Under the pieces are notes generated by a model. That model searched no databases. It saw nothing but the letters and a program-made list of their open reading frames with translations, and had not been told where the DNA came from. From Mayamaea pseudoterrestris (lineage: Eukaryota), in assembly GCA_027923505.1 (NCBI GenBank), contig BROI01000016.1:558001-622000 (forward strand): a DNA stretch of 64,000 bases, given 5' to 3'. Both the position numbers and the translations under genes were made by a program. Positions 55,917-64,000 of the stretch are shown here, one piece after another (position 1 is the stretch's first letter; each line of letters starts with the position of its first letter).

Positions 55917-57029
55917 TTACAACCCCTTGGTAGTGTCCTGTCCAAGCTGCATGAGCGAGTCATCAACCTGCTGGACAATCTCCGAGTGACTGTACTTTTC
56001 CGCGTCACCGCCCTCCTTTTCAATCTGCTCCTTGATCCAAAAGTACGTCTTGCCAAGTCCCTCCTTGATAGAAATGGTCGGACACCAGCCAAGCTTTTCC
56101 AAGATCAAAACGTTATTGGAGTTGCGGCCACGAACACCCATGGGCCCATCAATATGCTTGATCGGCAAGTTCTTGTTCTCAAACGACATGGCAATCTTTC
56201 CAAACTCAATCATGTCCACCATTTCCGTTGTTCCCATGTTAATAGGAACATCGCAGTCACTAAACATCAACCGCAAGACTCCCTCCACGCAGTCATCAAT
56301 AAAAGTAAACGACCGCGTCTGCTTGCCATCACCCCACATTTCAAAATGCTCCGTACTGGTCAACGCCTTGCGGCAAAAGGCGGCTGGCGCCTTTTCACGC
56401 CCACCCTTCCAGGTGCCGCGCGGACCGTAAATGTTGTGGAAGCGCGCGATGCGAATCTTGAGCGGAAAGTCGCGTCCGTACGCCAAGGCCATTTCCTCGG
56501 CGTACAGCTTTTCGAGTCCGTACATGTCCTGCGGACGCGCCGGCCAGGCGTCGGATTCCGCCAAGCCGGGGTTGGCCGGGTCCTCCTGCTTACTCTCGTT
56601 GTAGACGCAGGCGCTGGAGGCGTAGAAAAAGTCGTGGCACTTGGCGCGGCGGGCGGCTTCCAGCATGTTCATGCTAATGGCCGTGTTGTTGAAAGCCAAG
56701 ACGGACTCGTTGGAAACAATGAAGCCCATGCCTCCCATGTCAGCCGCAAGATTGTAGACTTGGGTGCAGCCTTCGCAAGCCTTGCAGGCAACCTCGAGCT
56801 TGCGAAGGTCATCGAGGATGAACTCGTCGCAAAACTCCTCGTTGCTCATGAACTCGTTCTTCTTCCAGTCGACGACGATAACGTGGTAGCCGGCAGCCTT
56901 GAGACGCTTGGCAATGTGCGAGCCAATGAAGCCGGCGCCGCCACCGACGCACACCTTGGCGCCATTGCCGGCGGGAAGCGTAAAGGGACGAAAGGTGCTT
57001 GGGTCGGGAGGAGCTTGGTTGGAGGACAT
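55917..57029 (-). CDS. GME: GDP-mannose 3',5'-epimerase
   Basis: GGAGFIGSH, VYNLAADMGGMGFI, YGLEK, RFHNIYGPRGTWKGGREKAPAAFCRK, GVRGRNSNN. Confidence 0.95.
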   Translation of the reverse strand: MSSNQAPPDPSTFRPFTLPAGNGAKVCVGGGAGFIGSHIAKRLKAAGYHVIVVDWKKNEFMSNEEFCDEFILDDLRKLEVACKACEGCTQVYNLAADMGGMGFIVSNESVLAFNNTAISMNMLEAARRAKCHDFFYASSACVYNESKQEDPANPGLAESDAWPARPQDMYGLEKLYAEEMALAYGRDFPLKIRIARFHNIYGPRGTWKGGREKAPAAFCRKALTSTEHFEMWGDGKQTRSFTFIDDCVEGVLRLMFSDCDVPINMGTTEMVDMIEFGKIAMSFENKNLPIKHIDGPMGVRGRNSNNVLILEKLGWCPTISIKEGLGKTYFWIKEQIEKEGGDAEKYSHSEIVQQVDDSLMQLGQDTTKGL

Positions 57030-57459
57030 GGTGATGGTGAATGAACTTTGCTTTGGAGAGAAGATTCAGGATTTGATGCAAGGATCAAGTAAATGTATCG
57101 ATTACTTTATCAAGTTTGCAGCAGATGAGATCAATGCTCTCGGTTATTGTGGTCTTGCTACGAGAGGTTGGCCTCGGACTTTTGATGGATCCTTTGGCCT
57201 CGATGCGTGTTGTTGTGTGGACCAAAATGACTGCAGAGCCGATTTGGAATGACCCTTTTCGCCATCGTGGCATCCGATCCAATCAAAGCGAGTACCGAAG
57301 CGATGCTCAGCTATCTATCATAAACGTACTGTTAAGCTTTTACGATAGCCGTACATGCCGGCAAACTTCAGGCTTTAACTCACTACAGCTCATATAAACC
57401 AGAAACTACAGACGGTTCATGCTTATAATCATAGTCTCAAGTAATCGGTAACTTTTTCA

Positions 57460-59086
57460 TCATTTTATTTCCAAGTCGGCTGCCTTTGGGACTCCCAAAA
57501 CATCCAACTCCTTGTTGCAGTTCCACATGTAGCATGGATCAGGATATCCATGCGGTCCTTTGCAACGACTCGTCTTGTGGTGGATCGACGACCAAGTGAC
57601 GCAGTCGGAAGCGCCAGTCGTCAACGACGTTCCAACGGTAAAGGTGAGCCCACGCGTAAAGGCATATGCAAGTCGCGTCAACAACTTGCGGCCTAGCTCA
57701 TCGTCAGGCAAGTATGCCACGCGACGAGTTCCGCTGAATGACCTTCCGGGGTTGCTGCGGCGAGTGAAAACATAGACGAAGGCGTTAGGTGCGATCATTT
57801 TGTAAGAGCGCGAAGCTATGCAGCGTTTCAAAAACGTACGGATGATAATTCTTTTGAGCGCCGCTCGGAATGTTATATGTTATCACAATTGACTGTGTTG
57901 AGCTGTATCCTTCGCAGGCAATCCAGGGATTTGTTACAATCTTCATCGAGCCCGACGGCATCTTGCCTTGTGGCTCCGCAAAGTTGGCGCAGCAGAGCGG
58001 ACAGCGACCCGAATGGGCAGCCGCACTTAGTATGCAAGCGTAATGAAACTGGTGGTTGCAACCAGACACTTGGCCGACTTGTTGTGTTTGGAGCGGAAGG
58101 AGACAAATAACGCAGCCGCTGTTTATAACCGAACGCAGGTCGACCGCAAGAATTTTGTCCCGCACACTCAAGGAGAGAGAGTCTGGAGCAGTGTACATAA
58201 TGGTCTTGCTTGGTAAAGGTCGAAAAAACTGGCCGACAAAACTTGACAAACACGGAAACCCTATCCATATGCGGTGAACAGTATTGGCGTCCGCCTGCGA
58301 GTTAAACATGAGATCAATGAGGCATTGAATCTTATCTCGATATTCAAGGATTTGATCCTTCGGGTCATATGTGCAATGCATGAGAGGGACGCACTGCGCT
58401 GATGAGCGAACTACAACGAGAGGGCCCCATTGAAATGTATATGCATTCGACACCCATCGGCTAGTAGTTCCTTTCAACCGAGCGACGAGCAGACAGACTG
58501 GACCAAAGCCTTGGTTGCGATATGTAGTGTGGTCGTCGCAAAAATATATACCCTCACCGAAAGATGACCCATTTGAGCTTGCAACAATATTCCGGGAGCT
58601 GCGATCCTTTGGAGTCAAGAGCCCATACTTTTGGATGTTTATCAACGAGGATTGCGTCGTATAATGAAACGATAAGTCTATTCGAGTGCTGATTTTCATG
58701 GACTTGAATTCCTTCTGCTTCTCGAGCATGCGTGCGACCAGTTCGATAAGATCGTTGTGTCCATTATCGCTCATGAGGCTGATGTCAGCTGTATAACGCC
58801 CATAGCCTCGCTTAAGCAGCACGTGCAACTCAGCGAGGCAATGCACAAACGCTGCAGCCTTTGTCGACAAGGTTTTTGCATCAAATTTGGCTTGTAACCA
58901 CTTGGCAAATAGACTATCGAGTTCGATAGATGGATCTGTCGGACTAGGTGTCGTTTTATATGTAAGCATTGGAGTCATGCGACAACCAGCGGACATGCAG
59001 AACCCCTTGACTTTTTCGGCCGCCTTGTCCAGGACACGTAGGGCCACATTGGCGATGGAAACAATGAAGTCAAGCATACAAAACAT
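57460..59086 (-). CDS. Deltex-type E3 ligase: PARP-like region + RING-H2 + Deltex C-terminal domain; intron 57755-57839
   Basis: CVIC..CNHQFHYAC..CPLC; GKMPSG; RVAYLPD..GLTFTVGTSLTTG..W.SIHHKT..HGYPDP. Confidence 0.85.
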
Positions 59087-59772
59087 AACGGATACTAGTG
59101 AGCTAGAATGCGTTGTTTTGGAAAGCACAGGAATGATGATTAATGCTTCCACTTTCTTGAATTGGCGTGGGAGACGGTCGAAAGTTGTCACGTTTCGCGG
59201 TAAAATCCAAATATCAAACGTCATACCGGTAGTCACTTAGTTTCTCATATCGATGCAGCCTTTTAGGGCGTCGATGCAGCTCTGCTCTAGTACTGGCATG
59301 CGATATACTAAGCCATAGACAGACGTTGTAACAGTTAGAGCAAGCCAAAGCTTTCACGTGATGAGGATTGAAAAATTGCAGACAGCTGTCGCTTGAATGA
59401 CACGGAGTGCTCCAATGACATCAAGAATGGCACAGATGAGCAAAGAGGCATGTTAAAGGCTATGAAGAATAACAATGAAGCATTCCAATTACGATGTGAT
59501 ATTAACCGATAATGGTTGTAAGCAATTCGTCATCTCGTGGTTTATTCGTCGTCTTTTTTGTTTTCGCGGGCAAAACAAGTTGTGTCACACCGTTACTCAA
59601 ATCACAACATTGGTAAAGCGCGGGCAGCAACTCGAAAAAATCTCGAAATGCGCTCTCCGTGGCTTGCTCATCATGGAGAATCACTTGTCCCTCATTCTTC
59701 GCTTAAACCTGGCAAACAGCGAATACTACATGCAGATTAATACTAGAACAATCTGCGAGAGCGCCTTCACTA

Positions 59773-60861
59773 ATGATATCTACGATTCTGGGACGAGCGA
59801 GCGCGAAGAGAGTAGTATGGATTACGGATTCGCCCGCCGATGAGACGGTAAAATTTGCGCAAGAGAGCGTGACGAGTCTGAAATTGGAGGCAGAGGTAGC
59901 GACCGAGCCGAAGGGAACGGATGTTTTCGTGCTGAACATTGGAGGCAAGGAGACGGCGACGACCTTTCGCAGCACTCTCACAATCATCCCAAACAACATG
60001 CTAGCAGATAAGTTCAGCGGTCGCTGGGATCACAACTTTCACAGAAGCAAGGATGGCAGCTACCTTGCCTTGATTGATCGCAAGCCCGAGCTCTTTGTGC
60101 CACTCTTAGATTTTTTACGCGATTTGAGTGTCATGACTCCTCATGACAAGCAATCGCTTCCACCAATGACACCGTCGTTCACCAATCCTTTAGACGAATC
60201 ACAGTTCCGCCGCATGGTTGACGGATATGGTTTGACGACTACTCTATATGCGTACGATATCTACGAATTTGGCAGGCTGTTGCTAACGTGGAATTGTCGC
60301 ACATGTCTATCGACAGAATGCTCTGTGATGGACGTTTTATTGGAGAGAGATCCTGCACCGGAATGTCGCGCTCGCTACTTTTGTTTGGATCGCCCAGAAG
60401 GATCGCTTGGAGTCAGTCACGGTCGTAAAGTGAAAGCTTTTGAGGTGTTGGTGGGGCGTAATAGTATGTGCCATGTTGGTTGGATCCATCGAGGCACGTT
60501 CTTTGGCAATAGTATGATGGAACTTGAAGCCGAGACCAGAGATGTTCTGTTTTGCTGCAACATTAACCGAGTTGGTTACAAGAATGGGCAAGGCCGGTCA
60601 ATTGATTGCAAGTTGCCCAAATTACACCGCGACGATGAATTCCGAATCCATTGCAACAAGCGAAATGATACCGGCGAGTTGGAATTTCGAATTGACGGCG
60701 TTCCTATCGTTGCATCAAACAACATCCTGAAAGAAAATCAAGTAAAACATTTGTGTTTTAGTACATTGTTTGGTTGGTCAGTTCCTCAAGATTATGAGAT
60801 GATACCCTACCTTTGTGTGACGGCTGGCGTGTGTCGGTTCTCGGATATCGAACTGGAGTAA
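59773..60861 (+). CDS. BTB/POZ (KCTD-type) domain protein
   Basis: VLNIGG..RSTLT..MLADKFSGRW..IDRKPELF..LLDFLR. Confidence 0.8.
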   Translation: MISTILGRASAKRVVWITDSPADETVKFAQESVTSLKLEAEVATEPKGTDVFVLNIGGKETATTFRSTLTIIPNNMLADKFSGRWDHNFHRSKDGSYLALIDRKPELFVPLLDFLRDLSVMTPHDKQSLPPMTPSFTNPLDESQFRRMVDGYGLTTTLYAYDIYEFGRLLLTWNCRTCLSTECSVMDVLLERDPAPECRARYFCLDRPEGSLGVSHGRKVKAFEVLVGRNSMCHVGWIHRGTFFGNSMMELEAETRDVLFCCNINRVGYKNGQGRSIDCKLPKLHRDDEFRIHCNKRNDTGELEFRIDGVPIVASNNILKENQVKHLCFSTLFGWSVPQDYEMIPYLCVTAGVCRFSDIELE

Positions 60862-61091
60862 ACTGATCTGTAAACATGTACCAATCGACATAGTTTCTCC
60901 TCCGCCGCATGATCCTTGTCATTCTCTTGAAAGCCTTTTATTGTGCTGCGGACTTTTGATACAGCACGCGCCTACTCGAAAGCTTGCCCCTCGGCCCATG
61001 CGGCTGAAACTATCGGTCTATTATATGCGCTTTTACTCACGGCGTAGACTAAATGTTAGCACCAGCAAAGCGTACGGCTGCGAATTTACTG

Positions 61092-62994
61092 CTATCTCAC
61101 CGACGAGTTTGAATTCCACTTTTCCAATGCCGCGCGCTTGTCGTCAGCACAGGTGACCAACCATTGGCAACACATCCAAAAGTTGGGGTCTTCCAGCTCC
61201 AAGAAGCATTGAAAGTCGTTCACTGGTGCAGCCCCACACCCAGCGCTTAGTAAATCTCCAAGTAAAATGTGAAAATTGGAGCAGCAGTTGGCCAGCGTCA
61301 CGCGAGCCAGCAACTGGAACTGAAGGGTTGTGATGGCAGACAAGAGGCTGGCGTCGCGACTTATAGTGGAGGCTGCACTGGTAATGTACCCAGTGTCAGG
61401 ATTCACATCATGAATGTTTGACGCTATTTGGAATGGAAAGTTTGGATTGTTGGTAGAGAAGTTTTGCTGATCGCGAACCATGGCAGTTGACTCGGTCGTA
61501 AAAATGATGGATGGCATTGCGGCAGTCGAACTAAGAGAAATGTTTTGCGCTTGTGAAAACTTGGACCAAACAAGCTTTGTTGCTTCGATATGTTGCTGAA
61601 ATGTCAGACAATCGCTTTCAGCGTCACATTTGTCAGAAGCTGAGTAAGCAATAAGGTTAGCACTTGATTCGCTCCCTCGAGCAACGCTTTTCCGCACACT
61701 CAAACTTACCTCGCACCGGCAAGCCGACGGAAAACTCCGAATCAATTGAATTCCTCGCCTTCAAATCCTCCAACAAATCCTTCATTTGCTTGGCCTTGTC
61801 TCGTCTAGGTCTCAAGGCATACACTGCTAGCGCATGGTGAGCCTTGGTGTTGGCGGCGGGGTAAGAATGGCCACTGCGCGGCGGGTCTGGCGTCAATATA
61901 TTATCGGCTGCCTGATACAAGAGTTTCTTGAATTGGTCATTGGCGCTGGTAAAGTGCTCCTCGATCAAACTGTAGGAGTGGTTGCGCAGTCGCTCGGCTG
62001 CCAGTCGTGGGGTGTGCCCCTGATTCCAGTAGTACAATCGCACTTGCCACACCTTGTCATTTTCGTGCCCCGCAGGAGGTATACCATGATCGTACATGGA
62101 ATCCGCCTCCTCCTTGGTCAAAAAGTACGCCTGCTCCAAATCCTGTTCCGTCAAGACGCACGGGGTGCTTGGCATGAAGAAGCACTGCGTGTCGCGCCGC
62201 GCACGCTTGCCATCGTCGCACGAGACTTGCGCCCAGGGAACTTGGAGAAACTCCTCACTTCCCACCGGCGAATCGTTCACCCAAATCACAATCCGATCGG
62301 CAATGAGAGCATGCAAGTATCCATTGATCATGCCCAGTCGAACGTTGGCGCCAAGTCCAATGGGCGACGATAATCCAATGGCAATGTACTTGGCGTTGGA
62401 ACACTCGTAGTCATATGGTCCAACTGTTGACGCTGGTGGATAGCAATCGATTCCCTTGGACGCTTGCTCCTGCCGATGCTTTGCTTCGCGTCGAGCGTGC
62501 CGAGTTTGATGGTAATGCATGCTCCAGTAGACGAGTCGCATGGTCCATTGCTTGATTATGGCTGCATCCGTAATTGCGTCCATCGATTGCAGCTCTTGCT
62601 GATCAGTGAATTGCCGAAAGCGCGATCCATCCGCGCAAATGGATTGGTCCAATAAGTCTTGCAGAAAGTAGTCATGCCCAAAGCTGTCCAAACGTTGCGA
62701 CAATGGTGGAAGAATGTCCAAATCCAGCAGCGAGGAATCATTCACGTTTCCCATTCGCGCGCCCTGCAACCACTCGGGCGAATTGACTGAAAAGCAAGCG
62801 TTGAAGCTATTCTGATGTTGATGCAGCTGTTCATTGGCAGTCGTCGATTGCTGCGCCAGCGGCTCGTCCGCCGCTGAAAGCAAATGCTCTTTCGTCGACT
62901 TGCTCAGAAAAAAGGTGAAATTGAAAACGACGCTCAACAAGACAAAGAGGAGAAACCATTGGCGAATCGATCGAGCGCCAATTGGCAATGCCAT
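61092..62994 (-). CDS. Glycosyltransferase, alpha-1,6-fucosyltransferase-like; intron 61640-61709; 3' end uncertain
   Basis: Type II TM anchor; GLGAN; spliced VGLPVRASDKC..E; IIFTTES; NCCSNF. Confidence 0.6.
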
Positions 62995-64000
62995 ACGTGT
63001 TAGACTATTGAGTGTGAACTGAAACAATCTCTATGTCTGCATGTGCTTTCGTGCTTGTCAGTGAGAAAAGTCATTTTCACTTTGGAAAAGAAAAACGGCG
63101 TTGGGCCGATTTTTGGAATGGCAGCAACCGCGCCGGCGCGCGTAAAAGTGTCGTAGCGTTACCACGATCAATACCGCTAAGACTATTCGTTCTGTCGACC
63201 ATCAACAACGACTCGTCCAATAGTCACATGCTGCTTCATTCCTTTCTGCTAATATTTCAATGAGCCAAGCATCAACGCGACTACGAGTAGCTGGAGTAAC
63301 TGGTATTGATATCATTCGAAGCGACGGTCATCGAGTGACTGCTTGAGAAAGAGTCGGAACGACGAGACTGGCCGATACAAAGGTGGGCGACAATCGTTGT
63401 CTTACCAAGATGGCTGTGGCTGTGAAAGGCGTCGCGATAAGGCCAGGCATCCAGAGCATGCCAGATGATGGCATTGACGCCTTTGACTTGACGAATGAGG
63501 AGTTTTACGATTTGGTTTATGGGTGCCGCGGTAGGGCTGCCCACACGCCAATGCGCAGAACGTTCCGTCATGGGTCATGGATGTTCGCAAGCAGCACGAG
63601 CCAGCAGCTGGCATCTTAATATTACAAAATTCCTTCATTGGCGTAGTTGGAAATCAGAGGAGTATTATTGACGCAAGTTCACATTATTTAAGGTAAATGG
63701 TTTGTCGGATGGATTCGCCGCGCAAGTAGGGCGTGTTATACTTGTCGTGACATGCGGCTAGTCAAGTGCAGGCATTAAGTTGCGAAGCTGATCCGCGCAC
63801 TTGACGCGTCGGGTTAGTGAACAAACACTCCCTTAACCATGTCAACGCTTTTGAGGTCATTAATGGCAGATTTCGCTAATCGTACCAATCGAGTACTGCT
63901 TTCTCCTGCCCCAAGGTGCGAGCTATAAGGTGGAGCGGCAGGCCAAACGCGAGACGCGATAGCGATTGATTTACTCGTCGTTGCTGGCTTGGGACCTAGT

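Noticed and set aside
55755..57044. 429-aa + strand ORF
   Set aside because: Antisense shadow of codon-biased GME.
63383..63619. Short protein-like ORF near the window end
   Set aside because: No ATG context or recognisable motif; cannot be supported from the sequence alone.

Overview
Gene-dense eukaryotic DNA with short (70-92 bp) GT-AG introns. The gene set (MORN-repeat, fasciclin, Pro/Thr-rich secreted proteins with RXL/KxxK motifs, FkbM-like, GME) suggests a diatom or other stramenopile; this is inference. 0-30 kb is a plastic tandem-paralogue region: a small + strand gene family alternates with - strand MORN-repeat genes, and a ~7.6-7.8 kb tandem duplication has a microhomology junction and complementary gene decay. 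The most striking feature is a ~3.9 kb insertion (about 22502-26395) in a divergent promoter. It holds an intact 672-aa tyrosine recombinase (CryptonS-like, TATGG direct repeats) next to a head-to-tail array of three diverged non-coding units (381, 400, ~536 bp). The units are joined by a highly conserved ~90-bp junction with a 10-bp inverted repeat, and each carries a covarying GC-rich GNA-loop hairpin, giving an integron-like recombinase + cassette layout. 30-64 kb is ordinary host sequence: LRR-like, TAP42, UBLCP1, two fasciclin adhesins, a Pro/Thr repeat protein, a SET+MBD protein, GME, a PARP-like/RING/Deltex ligase, BTB and a fucosyltransferase-like gene. All calls were made by eye; no searches were run.
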